Assembly (NCBI RefSeq): GCF_006345805.1
Contig: NC_043019.1
Location: 21,389,360-21,453,359 of the forward strand
Origin: Octopus sinensis
Taxonomy: Eukaryota
Direction of reading: 5' to 3'
Length of the DNA stretch: 64,000 bases
In this document: one piece after another, positions 1 to 13,290 of the stretch
Position numbering within the stretch: position 1 is the stretch's first letter
Layout: every line of letters begins with the position of its first letter
Position numbers and translations under genes: made by a program
The notes under the pieces: generated by a model
Seen by the model: the letters and a program-made list of their open reading frames with translations, nothing else
The model's database searches: none
What the model was told of the DNA's origin: nothing

Positions 1-267
1 ATATATATATATACATACATACATAATATATATATATATGTATATATATACATATATACATATATATATATACATACATACATACATATATATATATATA
101 TGTATATATATACATATACATATATATATATATATATATACATATATATACATATACATATATATACATATATATACATATGTAATATACGTATATATAT
201 ATATATATACACACACACATATATATATACACATATATATATATACACACACACACACACAACACAT

Positions 268-324
<57 letters not shown>

Positions 325-741
325 GAAATAAAGGAGTTCAAATCTATGCATAAAAATACACCCATAATTTTTTCTTTCTCTCTCTTTATTCTTATTTTTG
401 ACTACTCTTTCATCATCACATTTTATTCTTTTCATTCGCAATACAGAAAATATATATCACAAAACATTTATTGTATAAATATATAAATGAAAACTTACAC
501 AAAACATGTTTTAGAAAAGAGGGAAAAATGTGAGTGAAGAAATCTTGCAGAATAATATATTATAATTCAAAGCATTTTTTTGTTGTTGTTGTTATATAAA
601 AGATTTGAAAAAAGCTGTGCTTATAGGTAGATTTCTATTGAAATTTTAAAATCTTGTGAACCATTTCCATAAAAGTATAAAATATCTGTCTGTCTGTGCA
701 GAGAGAGAAAGACATAGAAAACTACACACACATATAGAAAT

Positions 742-1128
742 GTGGCTGTGTGATAAGTAGCTTGCTAACCAACCACATGGTTCCGGGTTCAGTCCCACTG
801 CGTGGCATCTTGGGCAAGTGTCTTCTGCTATAGCCCCGGGCCGACCAATGCCTTGTGAGTGGATTTGGTAGACGGAAACTGAAAGAAGCCTGTCGTATAT
901 ATGTATATATATATATTGTGTGTGTATCTGTGTTTGTCCCGCTAGCATTGCTTGACAACCGATGCTGGTGTGTTTACGTCCCCGTTACTTAGCGGTTCGG
1001 CAAAACAGACCGATAGAATAAGTACTGGGCTTACAAAGAATAAGTCCCAGGGTCGATTTGTTTGACTAAAGGCGGTGCTCCAGCATGGCCACAGTCAAAT
1101 GACTGAAACAAGTAAAAGAGTAAAAGAG
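742..1128 (+). mobile_element. tRNA-derived CORE-like SINE (family A) with central microsatellite
   Basis: Pol III-like head, CORE-like gtggcatcttgggcaagtgtc, central (TA)/(TG) tract, and a 3' tail ggcggtgctccagcatggcc..gactgaaacaagtaaaagag; many copies in the window. Confidence 0.85.
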
Positions 1129-1779
1129 TATATATATATCGTCAGTTTTAACATCTACTTTTCCATGCTTGCAAAGGTCGAAAGGGATTTGTTAAGGTAG
1201 ACGGCTGGATGCCATTCCTGTTGCTAACCCTTGCCTGTTTCAATGCAAGCCCGATGGCTACATATGTATTCACCAGAGGTTGGAAATGGAGATACTGCTT
1301 GAATGAAAGTGACACTTATTTACAACTACAGCATGATACCAAGATAAGGCAATACAAACACATTTACATTCATGACAGAGTTCTTTCAGTTTCCATCTAC
1401 TAAATCCACTTATAAGACCTTGGTTCATCTGAGGCAAATGTGGAAGACCCTTGTCCAGGGTGCCATGCAGCGGTCAAATGTATGTGCTGTACATGACCTC
1501 ACCCTCTCCATTGCATGAACAGGTGTACAGTGTACCACACATCAGGTGTTGAAGTGTAGAGGTAGCTAGTTGTTAGACAAATGACATATTTACAAAACAG
1601 TCACTATGCCAATTTGTACAAGACAGCAGGAAACAGTTGTTCAAATTAACTTTTCCCCAAGAATTCCTATATCCTGTAGATCAGTAACCTCCAAACTTTT
1701 CCACACCATGGTACACTTAATACAGAACTAAAAGTATTGTTGCATGACATCAGATTTTTGAAGAAGTTCTCTGTCTGTC

Positions 1780-1822
<43 letters not shown>

Positions 1823-2049
1823 ATAATTAGGGAATAAATCCAAAGTTACAGGGAAAAATTAGATTTAGGATTAAATCCAATTTTATAGTATAAATTTATA
1901 AGTTTAAATTATTTGAATAATTTTTTAATTTTTAACTTTTATATTTTTAAATTAATTTTATGTATTGGCTTATGTTTTTCACTGTTTGATTTGCCTAATA
2001 GTGGTTTTATCTCTAATTTAATATAATATATATATATATACACATATAT

Positions 2050-2134
<85 letters not shown>

Positions 2135-2394
2135 ATATATATACATACATACACCAACAAAATGGACACTATACCTCTCTTGCTTTTTAATGACCTTGAA
2201 AAAGTGTTTTTAACCCAGAATATCAGGAATAATTAAAACCTCCTATGGGAGCATTTCCATATTTTTTAATATTAATATTAGATGGGTGCCTGCATTACAT
2301 ATATAAGCACCTAATTCTTTCTTAGCTAGAAGCGACAGAATCCCAAACTAAAGTAAAACAAAGCTGCTCACAGAAAATTAAGCAACAACAATAC

Positions 2395-2526
2395 CTTGTT
2401 CAACACAATGACTTGGATTGCATCTTGTAATACAGGGGAGGCATATTCACTCGGTACATTTGGTACCCTGATTTCAATAGATGATGGCGGTCGAGATTCC
2501 TGGCTTGAATGATGATCTTCATTCTG
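2395..2526 (-). CDS. MPDZ: MPDZ/PATJ exon D (linker plus first beta strand of the next PDZ)
   Basis: tatttccag acceptor and AAG|gtattg donor; 132 nt, phase 0 to 0. QNEDHHSSQESRPPSSIEIRVPNVPSEYASPVLQDAIQVIVLNK; the terminal IQVIVLNK fits the strand preceding a PDZ GLGF loop. Confidence 0.78.
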
Positions 2527-2706
2527 CTGGAAATATATGAATACAAAACAGAAATGAGAGGAGTAAATAAATCATTTTTATATTTTATAATTAAATAAAA
2601 AAATTATGATTTTACAATGAGCTGAAAATTTGGTATGTACAATTGAGGTAGTATTTAGTTGAACCAACTATCTCTGTGTGAGTATAGGTCCCAACAAGTT
2701 GAATTG

Positions 2707-3006
2707 TTTGTTCCTTCTCAAGCTATGCCTGGCTCATAAGGGTCGGTTTCCCGGTTTCTTGGCGTATAGGTTCCCCACCTGGATGGGACACCGGTCCATC
2801 GCAGGTGAGCTGCAAGATGCAGGAGGAAAGAGTGAGAGAAAGTTGTGGCGAAAGAGTCAGCAGAAGTTTCACCATTACCTTCTGCCGGAGCCGTGTGGAG
2901 CTTAGGTGTTTCGCTCATAAACACACACATCGCCAATTCTGAGATTCGAACCCGCGATCCCTCGACCGCGAGTCCGCTGCTCTAACCACTAGGCCATGTG
3001 CCTCCA
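2707..3006 (-). mobile_element. Family C SINE with alternative tail Y
   Basis: Same head and body as 46268 but ends ...gaaaccgacccttatgagccaggcatagcttgagaaggaacaa. Confidence 0.75.
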
Positions 3007-3689
3007 CAACAAGTTGAATTGCATCTGGTGCTCTCATTGGCTGCTGCTGGAATGAATTTCTGTCTCTCTCTGATATTTATTTTTAAAATAGTGTTGCAAA
3101 ATGTGCCATCTTGACAACAACATGGCTCCAACAGCAAAATTAGCAATAGGGAAACCACAGACCAGCCCAGTAAGCCAACTTGCCCGGAGAAAAAGAAGTT
3201 GTGCACAGCTAGATGTCTTGTGGAATGTAGGGTTTTTTTTCTATGCCCAGCTTCACACTGACTGATCTCTACTTACTGCTTGCCTTTTATACTCATACAC
3301 TAATCCTCCAAACAGCCATGTGCCTTTGTAACTCTTTTCCAATGTTGTGGTGTTACTCATCATCTAGTGTGACTTACACATTAAACTCCCACTTGCCAAC
3401 AACATGCTAACTAGTATCACTATCATTACAAAGAACATGCTAAATGTTGTCACGATTTGACATAGCTGTGGCTGCTGGTGCTCTTTAACTGAGGTAATGT
3501 CCATTAATTGGCCACCTCTCCTAAGACTGAATGTCTGTATATACATATACATATTGTGCAGCTTACTGTCACAGTAGTTGGAAATTTATTCTGTCATAAC
3601 AATAGCAAATCTATAATAGCAAATCTCAAAACAAATACTACAGTGTGTATATATTAAGTATGAAGCATAGAAGGTTATAATGGCATAAA

Positions 3690-3920
3690 GGTTTGCTTGG
3701 CAGAATTGTTAGCACGCTGGACGAAATGCTTAGCAGTATTTCGTCTGCCACTACGTTCTGAGTTCAAATTCCGTCGAGGTTGACTTTGCCTTTCATCCTT
3801 TCGGGGTTGATAAATTAAGTACCAGTTACGCACTGGGGTCGATATAATCGACTTAATCTGTTTGTCTGTCCTTGTTTGTCCTCTCTGTGTTTAGCCCCTT
3901 GTGGGTAGTAAAGAAACAGG
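3690..3920 (+). mobile_element. Nin/Deu-domain-like SINE (family B)
   Basis: Core gtcgactttgcctttcatcctttcggggtcgataaattaagtaccag, which I recall as the Deu/Nin domain; tail cttgtgggtagtaaagaaa. Confidence 0.75.
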
Positions 3921-4778
3921 TACATGTGTATTGGAGTCTGTGTGTTTCATCACCGATGGTGTGTCTACTGACTTCACCTATCCTTGTCACTAACCACAAT
4001 GTTCAAAACGTTTTCCCCAAGCATTATCCTGTTGTCATCCCTTCTCTATTAATACCCTGTCATTCGTTTATTACGCCCTAATCCTTTTATCCATCCCCGT
4101 CAAACTCCAACTCCTCTCACCCACTCACCCCCACCCTGGCTCTGTTCTCTTCCAGTCACCCCCTCCTGCTCATGCTACTTTGAATGTATAGCGATACCAC
4201 AAGATGTAGAAGAACCTTTAGGCCTGTCATACACAGTAACTTCTCAAGGATGAAGAGGACCTTTGAGTGTTAGTCCCATGATAAAATGCACCTAGGGAAT
4301 TCTGCAAAGTGATTCAATGATAGAGAGGAGGGCATCCAGCTGTAGAAATTATGTCAAAATTGAAGTGTATGAGTGAGATATGCTCCTAGGACCATTACGA
4401 CCTGACCAACTCATACCAGTATGTCAAGTGGACATTAAATAATGATGATGATGATGATGATAATGATGATGGTAAGGCAACAAATAAATATTTTCATCAC
4501 ATTAAATTGATTAACATAAAACTAATTATGTCAAATTATTAGTGGGTATCCAATCCTGGTATATGAAGTATATTTCATGTAATTTAGTGTCTAATTAACA
4601 ATAATTATTGGGATGCCTTATCTCAAGTGATAACAATAATTAGTTGATATAATTAGAGAATCTGGTTGAGGCTTGGGTGTTTTTTAGTCACTAATTTTTT
4701 TTAAGCAAATTAAACAGGATATGTTTAACAGGAACATTTCAGAGAAAGAGAGAGAGAGAGAGAGAGAGAGGAGGGAGA

Positions 4779-4900
4779 GAGAGAAGGAAAGAGATGGAGA
4801 AAGCCAATTATATAATTTAAAAATTAGGCTTTAGGATTTTTTTTACACTTATACAATGAATTATTGGTTGAAAAGCGTCTGTGTGTATCTATCTATCTAC

Positions 4901-4932
<32 letters not shown>

Positions 4933-5203
4933 ACACACATATACACACAAACATATATATGTATACATGCATCAACAAACATTACACATACATATAGAAA
5001 TGTTGGGAGAAACAGACATAAAAATGATAGAAAAAACCCACCAGATCTTGAGGGAGAAAGATGAGGAAAGTGAAAGAGAGAGAGAGAAGGAAAGAGATGG
5101 AGAAAGCCAATTATATAATTTAAAAATTAGGCTTTAGGATTTTTTTTACACTTATACAATGAATTATTGGTTGAAAATCGTCTGTGTGTATCTATCTATC
5201 TAC

Positions 5204-5235
<32 letters not shown>

Positions 5236-5390
5236 ACACACATATACACACAAACATATATATGTATACATGCATCAACAAACATTTACACATACATATA
5301 GAAATGTTGGGAGAAACAGACATAAAAATGATAGAAAAAACCCACCAGATCTTGAGGGAGAAAGATGAGGAAAGTGAAAGAGAGAGAGAG
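4779..5390 (+). repeat. 303-bp direct tandem duplication
   Basis: Identical landmarks at 4856 and 5159; a few substitutions and indels between copies. Confidence 0.9.
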
Positions 5391-5956
5391 AGAGAGAGAG
5401 AGGGGGGTGAGAGAATGTGAAAAGACCAATATTATTGGTATAGGTCAAGTTACCAGAATTGTTTGAAGAACTGGAGCAAGAGATTAGAGAAATCTATATT
5501 TCATCATTTATCAACTGTCTCATGTATCAGTGGCCTGTCTTTTGTTGTTACCGATTCTACTGATTTTATACACACCACACATATATACACACAGGCATAC
5601 ACATGCATGGATGTGTGGATATGTGTAGGCATGTGTGTGCATGAATGGATGTATAAATGTATATCTGTCTATCCTATACATCATCATTGTTTAATGTACA
5701 CTTTCCATGCTGGCCTGGGTGGGACTATATATATGTATGTGTGTATGCAGTTATCTATGTATGTTTTTCTGTGTCCAAGTGCATATATGTATATATGCGT
5801 AAATACATGAGTAGGTATGTGTGTGTATGAATGGATGTATATAAATGTATATGTATGTATGGATGTGCATATCTATCTATCCCATATATCATCATGTATA
5901 TATGTGTGTTTGTATGCTATCTTCCAGCATGTATACATACATACATATACGTACGT

Positions 5957-5991
<35 letters not shown>

Positions 5992-6284
5992 AAAATGTGT
6001 GTGTGTGCAGGATCACATTATGTTACCAGTTCTTGTTATTTAACCCTAGGTCAGTGCAGACCAAGCAGAGCTATCATTAAAGATAAGATCTGGAATCCAA
6101 TGAAAGTGGAATTGGTATGTGTCGGCAGCAGACATTAATCCATAATAGTTTGAAGAGGACAAATACATTACAGAAAATTGATTTGGTGTGTGTGAAGAGA
6201 AGCGTCCAACATTTCAGACACTTTTGCAGAGACAGAAGAACTATAGAGGCCGATACCATGGTCACAAAAGGCTAAACATATTAA

Positions 6285-6630
6285 CCTTTTTGTCCTCTCC
6301 CTCCCCTTTCTACCACAATGGTATCAGCCTCTGTATTCTGTCTCCTCTTTCTCCAACAATGATATCAACCATTATAGTCTTTCTCTCTTTCTACCACTAT
6401 GTATCAACCTCTATATGCTGTCTTTCCCTTTTCTACAACAATGGTATCAACCCCTAAATCCTGTCTCTCCCCTCTCTACCACAATCTCTACACTCTGTTT
6501 TTTCTTTCTACCACAACAGTATCAGCCTCTGTATTCTGCCCCCCCCCCCGGCCTTTTTTTGCCAGAACAGTGGTAGCAACCTCTCTATTCTGTCTCTCTC
6601 CTTTCTACCAGAGTGGTATCAACCTCAATA
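6285..6630 (+). repeat. Degenerate ~40-bp minisatellite
   Basis: About 8-9 units resembling ctctcctttctaccacaatggtatcaacctctatattctgt. Confidence 0.75.
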
Positions 6631-7189
6631 TCCCATTAACACCACCACCATAACCACCACCACTTTCTGTAATCATGGTAATAGAGGACTACCCGGCATT
6701 ACATAAGTAGTATTTTCTTTCATCACCCTCATGTCTTTCATGAATGAAAGGTAAGAGTGATCTCAGCAGAATACGAACTCAAAATCTAAAATGACCAAAG
6801 CACCAAACTGCTGGCTATTACATCCACCACTCTCTCCCACAATCCACTGCTCAACTAATAATACTAATAAGGATTTGCATCAGTGACACAAAGATACTTC
6901 TCCTACCGTGGCTACTGCTACTGATGATAATTTCTAATATAAACAGAGATCCAGGAATTTAGTAGAGAGCTGTCAGTTGATGCTCATCAATACCAGTACA
7001 AGACCGGTACTTTATTTTATCGACCCCAAAAAGATGAAAGGCACAGTTGACTTCAGTGGAATTCGAACTCTGGGCATAAAGGCATTTTGTCAGGAAATTT
7101 AACAATTGTGCTACTCGACTGCTTTTAAGGGTTTCTAATTTAGGCAGACGGCAAGAAATTTTAAGGGAGGGAGATTAGTTGATATCTAT

Positions 7190-7408
7190 TTCTTTATTAC
7201 CCACAAGCGAGGACAAACAATGACAGACAAACGGATTAAGTCGATTACATCGACCCCAGTGCGTAACTGGTACTTATTTAATCGACCCCGAAAGGATGAA
7301 AGGCAAAGTCGACCTCGGCAGAATTTGAACTCAGAACGTAGCGGCAGACGAAATATGGCTATGCATTGTGCCTGGCGTGCTAACGTTTCTGCCAGCTCGC
7401 CGCCTTAG
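7190..7408 (-). mobile_element. Family B SINE
   Basis: Reverse-complement match; diverged neighbours at about 6960-7130 and 7420-7590. Confidence 0.78.
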
Positions 7409-8035
7409 ATTAGTTGATACCAATGGCATCTCTTTCTCTCCGTAATTAACCCTACACCATTTTACTGTCCCCAGGGAGATAAAATACAAAGTTGAACTCA
7501 GTGGCACTTGAACTTAGAACATAAAGAGCTGAAATAAATACCACAAGGCACTTATTTGATGCTCTAACAATTCTGTCAACCTGCTGACGACGACAATGAT
7601 GATGATGACAATAACCACAACATCAACAACACGCATATAATAACAGAGATTAATTCCAGTAAATGGCCAAGTAGACAATAATAGACACTGTCCAGTTTTC
7701 TCTCCTCTTACTACATCAAGTCTTGTTAATTAAATCAATAAACTCAGTGATGATGATGATGATGATGAAGATGATAACCATCTTAAAATAATTCTCATTT
7801 TCACCTGTTCCTTTAGTCACCTCGTTATCAACATTATATATTCTAATCAAGACATGTAGTCCTAGACTGGTAATTGTCAGTATTGAATACTCCAATTCTT
7901 CCCCCACCCCACTCCTTCACACACACACACACAGCACTATATACCTCCTCCCCTCTCTCTCCTAGACACCATCACCATTACTCCATGCAGATCCCTTCCT
8001 CTTAACTGACACTACAACCTGTGTTCTACTTATTG

Positions 8036-8347
8036 TTACACCACCACCACCACCACTACCACTGTCACTGCTACCACCACCACCACTACTACTACTACTA
8101 CCACCACCACCACCACCATTACCACTGTCACTGCTACCACCACCACCACAACTACTACTACCACCACCACCATTACCACTGTCACTGCTACCACCACCAC
8201 CACCACCACTACTACTACCACCACCACCACCGTTACCACTGTCACTGCTACCACCACCACCACCACCACTACTACCACCACCACCACCACCACCACCATC
8301 GTTACCACTGTCCCTGCCACCACCATCACCACCACCACCACCACCAT
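8036..8347. repeat. (CAC/TAC)n with higher-order ~57-60-bp unit
   Basis: Recurrent taccactgtcactgctaccacc anchor. Confidence 0.85.
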
Positions 8348-8856
8348 TATTTAATCCTTCCACATACTGACACATGCAACAGCAACTGATCAGGTTTCAA
8401 TTGTGTTTAGTCGACAACCTGTTAGTGAGATGTTAATCAGTGAAACTTCATCAGATTCATGTCATTATTCTCATCATAATTACCCTAGCTTACACTAACG
8501 AACCTGTTTCAGAAACGAAGCTTAAGTTGATTTTGTATTCCAAACCCGTCACTTGGAGTTCTAAAAACGCCTTTGATCAAATATTTTACATCTCTTCCCT
8601 TCTCACTATGTTCCTCTTTCTCAGTGTCTGTCTGTCTGTTTGTCTCCTTAAACTTTTTCATTACCATGTTCCAAAGAAATGCACAGCTAATTTATGTGTT
8701 TAATTTTTCACTTACTACACAGCAGCCATGCTGGGGCGTCACTTGTAAAAGTCCTTTTTTCCTTCTTCTTGTACCTTACATCAGCGGTTCTCAAGCTGAC
8801 AAACACCACCAGCCCTGACCTACCCACCCACCAGTCTCCCCTTCTTTTTGTATTAA

Positions 8857-9075
8857 CCCTTTAGTATTTAAACCGGCCATATCCAGTCAAAATAGTTAAT
8901 CTGTTTTATGTTCAAACTGACCAGATCCAGGCTCTCACACCTACCCTACAATGTTATTCTACATCAAGTAATTACACCATCAAGATCTTGAAGATATGAG
9001 ATAATGCATGATTAATTCAAATCAATGGGAATCAATAGGCATTATGTTTGATGGAATAATCTGAACACTAAAGGG
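8857..9075. mobile_element. piggyBac-type MITE
   Basis: TTAA|CCCTTTAGT ... ACTAAAGGG|TTAA. Confidence 0.82.
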
Positions 9076-9594
9076 TTAAGGAGGAAACAAATGAGAAACA
9101 AACTAGGAAGAAATAAATGAGAGTCCATACTCATATACTTCTTCCTTCCCCATGATGACAAGTGTAACAAAAAAAAAACAAACAAAAAAAACAAAAATAC
9201 AACAAAAAAAACAAAAAAAGGCCATCATAATTATATTAAACACAGCAATCTGGCTGTTCCTCTTCATTTTTTAATCTTCACAGTCTCCCGACCATATTAT
9301 GAGAAACACTGCCAGCATACTGATCCTGCTATTTTATGGTAGATTAAATGGATTTAGGTGCATTAACCTATTCCTGACTAGATTTCTAATAAGTGACATT
9401 AGTTTAAATGATTCAATGAATTTTTGAAACTAATCGAATATTTTAAAATTTAGTAAAAAAAAAAAAAAAATATTTAAGTTGGTGCTGGGTGGAGGGAACA
9501 GAATTGCTAAAGCATTGGACAAACTGCCTGGCAGTAATTATTCTGGCTCTTTCAAATCCTACTAAAGTCTGTTCTGAAGTTATAACTAGCACTC

Positions 9595-9885
9595 TGTCAG
9601 TTATGACGATGTGGGTTCCAGTTGATCTGCTTGTGAAATTGACCAAGCATGCAAGTGGCTGAGCAATCCACAGACATGCATACCTTTAATGTAGTTCTCA
9701 GGAAGATTCAGTATGACACAAAATGTAAAAAGGCTGGCTCTCTGAATTACAAGTACAATTCATTTTTGCCAGCTGAGTGGACTGGAGCAACATGAAATAA
9801 AGAGTTTTGCTCAAGAACACAATGTGTCACACGTAATTGAACTCAGGACTTTAAGATCATGAGCCAAACACCCTAACCACTAAGT
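9595..9885 (-). mobile_element. Meta-domain-like SINE (family D) carrying tail X
   Basis: Minus strand tgtgttcttgagcaaaactctttatttcatgttgctccagtccactcagctgg followed by tail X. Confidence 0.68.
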
Positions 9886-10039
9886 AGTTAGAAAAATGAA
9901 AAAAAATTGTTAAGAGGTACCAAAGCATATTCTCAAGTTACAAGAAGGTGAATCTGAGGGAGAATATAAGTAGTGGATCATCATGGAAGGAAAGAGTAGG
10001 AAATTTCATGAGAGTGTGGGAGAATAGTCTGGCTCTCTG

Positions 10040-10335
10040 CTGGTTACAATGAAGAGGGTTCCAGCTGATTTAATCAACAGAACAGCCTGCTCATGAAATT
10101 AATTTACAAGTTGCTGAGCACTGCACAGACACATGTCCTCTTAATGTAGTTTTTTAAGGGAGATTCAGTGTGGCACAGAATGTGACAAGGCCGGCCCTTT
10201 GAATTACAGATACAACTTATTTTTGCCAGCTGAGTGAACTGGAGCAACGTGAAATAAAGTCTCTTCCTCAAAGACACGATGCACCACTGGGTATTGAACT
10301 TACGATTGTGATCCGAATAATCTAAGCCAAGCACC
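10040..10335 (-). mobile_element. Family D SINE carrying tail X
   Basis: As for 9595-9885; further tail fragments at about 43900-44120 (+) and 61770-61955 (-), and heads at about 14695-14870 and 21345-21490 (+). Confidence 0.68.
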
Positions 10336-10436
10336 TTTGGGGACGAGAGTGACAAATGGTTAGATGGGGGTAAAGGTGAATAAAGTGAGTGAATAAGGGT
10401 GGAGGTGTGGTTGATGGTAAATATCAGTACGATATT

Positions 10437-10856
10437 TAGGCAGCGAGCTGGCAGAAATGTTAGCATGCCGGGCGAAATGCTTAGCGGTATTTCGCCTGTT
10501 GTTACGTTCTGAGTTCAAATTCCGCCGAGGTCAACTTTGCCTTTCATCCTTTCGGGGTCGATAAATTACGTACCAGTTGCGCACTGGGGTTGATGTAATC
10601 GACTTGATCCGTTTGTCTGTCCTTGTTTGTCTCCTCTGTGTTTAGCCCCTTGTGGGTAGTAAAGAAATAGGTATTTCGCCTGTTGTTACGTTCTGAGTTC
10701 AAATTGTGCCGAGGTCAACTTTGCCTTTCATCCTTTCGGGGTCGATAAATTACGTACCAGTTGCGCACTGGGGTCGATGTAATCAACTTGATCCGTTTGT
10801 CTGTCCTTGTTTGTCCCCTCTATGTGTAGCCCCTCGTGGGTAGTAACGAAATAGGT
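10437..10856 (+). mobile_element. Family B SINE with tandemly duplicated body
   Basis: Unit ggtatttcgcctgttgttacg...gtagtaaagaaatag of about 184 bp occurs twice. Confidence 0.82.
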
Positions 10857-11807
10857 AAATATCTGTACGAAGAAAGGGGGAAGGAGAGAGAGAAAGAGAG
10901 AGAGAATTGGTCCAGGAAGGAGGAGGTGACAAGTGACAGCACTGGACAAGAGGACAGCAGGAGTATCTTAAATCTGTAGATCAGTTAACTGAAACTAAAA
11001 TCAATACTGAACCAAATTTTGACTTTTAATATTGGTACCATTCCAAAAACATACAACCTATTAAACTGGTTCTTATATACTCTATTGACCCTGGAAGGTG
11101 AGTTGACCGTACTAAGATTTGAACTAGGAGCACAAAGATATACAAGTAAATATCACGTATTTTTGTCAATGCTCTGTCAATCCTGCCAATTTACTATACT
11201 AAAATACATCACCAGAAACTTTCATTTCTTCTCTCTGAGGCTAAGTAATAATTTAGCAAACTTATTGATTGAAAGCAAGCATCTGTTCTACCTCTGGCAA
11301 CACAGCTTGTCATACAAGCAATGGTAGGGAGAAGAAACAAAACAGCAACAACAAAAAAAAACCCCTTGCATAAGTAATAACTAAGAGCAACTGTCGAGAA
11401 AATTCCAAAATATGGCATATCAATGATATGCAAATATTCTATATGGAGAATTCTAAACACAAGAATCTCTGCTAAATCTGTGTTGGCTGAAGCTCAAATG
11501 ACAGAGTGACCTGAAAATATGATGCCTTATTTTTCTTTCTTTATTTTTTTTTTTGCTTTTCCCAACATTGCAAAAAGCCATGTGGTCAAAGAGTTATGTA
11601 TTGATCTTCTGTGATTTTTCTGATGTGATGTGTATTGCCTTTTTATTGGGTAATTGTACAGTTTGTAAAACTTTCAATGCAGCTTCCATTGAATGGTGCC
11701 AAAAAAATCCATAAGTTAGCTGATGGCATTCACTTGACTTGTAATGAACAACAAACAACATAGCTACACAAGATCATACATGATTATTATTATTATTATT
11801 ATTATTA

Positions 11808-11963
11808 GGAGTGGCTGTGTGGTAAGTAGCTTGCTAACCAACCACATGGTTCCGGGTTCAGTCCCACTGCGTGGCACCTTGGGCAAGTGTCTTCTGCTAT
11901 AGCCCCGGGCCGACCAATGCCTTGTGAGTGGATTTGGTAGACGGAAACTGTAAGAAGCCTGTC

Positions 11964-12055
<92 letters not shown>

Positions 12056-12270
12056 TTGTGTGTCTGTGTTTGTCCCCCTAGCATTGCTTGACAACCGATG
12101 CTGGTGTGTTTACGTCCCCGTCACTTAGCGGTTCGGCAAAAAAGACCGATAGAATAAGTACTGGGCTTACAAAAGAATAAGTCCCGGGGTCGATTTGCCC
12201 GACTAAAGGCGGTGCTCCAGCATGGCCGCAGTCAAAATGACTGAAACAAGTAAAAGAGAGTAAAAGAGAG
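11808..12270 (+). mobile_element. Family A SINE, near-consensus copy
   Basis: Full head, long (TA)n(TG)n centre, full tail. Confidence 0.88.
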
Positions 12271-12274
12271 TATT

Positions 12275-12680
12275 ATTTAAGGCAGTAAGCTGGCAGAATC
12301 ATTAGAACACTGGGAAAAATACTTAGCGGCATTTCGTCCATCTTTACATTCTGGGTTCAAATTCCACAAAGGTCGACTTTACCTTCCAGGGTCGATAAAG
12401 TACCTACCCTTTCCCCCAAAATTGCTGGCTTTGCACCAAAATTTGAAACCATTATTATTATTGTTATTAAGGTGGGGAGTTGCATAATTGTTAGCATGCT
12501 GGACACAATGCTTAGCGGCATTTCGTCTGTCTTTATATTGAGAGTTCAAAATATGCCAAGGTCCATTTTGTCTTTCATCCTTTCAGGATCGATGAAATAA
12601 AGACCAGTAGAAGACTGGGATTGATGTAATTGGCTTATCCCCTCCTGCAAAATTGCTTCCCTTGTCGCAAAATTTGAAAC
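12275..12680 (+). mobile_element. Two diverged family B SINEs
   Basis: Heads at about 12278 and 12468 with the degenerate core. Confidence 0.65.
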
Positions 12681-13290
12681 CATTATTATTATTATTAGTA
12701 GTAGTAGTAGTATTGTTATTGTTGTTAGTATTATTTGGAGAATGTTTAAGTACAAATGAAGGTGGACGACCATATTAATCTAATTTATTACTCTAGATTC
12801 TGATATCAAATCCAGGCAAAATAAACTTTACTTTTCATTTCAACATGGTTGATGAAGCAATAATCAGTACTATACAAAACTTCCATTCACTAGACTATAC
12901 TCCCGCTGCTACAATATCTGATTATGTGTCTATTCTTTGGGGAAGTTCTTAAATGGAGGAAGTAAGCAATTCTGGAGAAGAGGCACGTGCAAATGCGACA
13001 CTGTTGGAGCAGAGCTGATGTAGGAGCCACTAAGTAGCTGCTCAAACTGTATGAATTAGTAGCTAAATCTTTACCAAATTAAACCCATGTAGGCCCTTAA
13101 GATCTGTGTATATGATGTAAAGCAGAAGTTAAAAGCTATGAGCTGCAAAGACAAAAATCTTTTACTTTCAAATTATTTGACAAAATATAAAATATTAACG
13201 AACACAGCATCACAACCAATGTTCGAAAAGTAAATACAAACCTAAGAAATATTTTCCTGAGAAAAGCACAAAATATTACGTGCACCATGT

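Noticed and set aside
38-331. YI/HT/CV/MYVC-rich ORFs here and throughout (e.g. 28955, 36638, 48823, 58076, 60270)
   Set aside because: They are translations of TA, CA, TG and TATG microsatellites, with no splice or homology support.
3364-3552. Phase-0 open minus-strand segment near exon D
   Set aside because: The acceptor lacks a pyrimidine tract and the peptide shows no similarity to the family.
7962-8389. Gly/Ser-rich, His/Tyr-rich and poly-Val ORFs
   Set aside because: All are frames of one CAC/TAC repeat; there is no flanking complex coding sequence or credible splice pair.
12890-13050. Possible extra MPDZ exon between exons C and D
   Set aside because: The required phase-0 frame reaches a stop before any donor.
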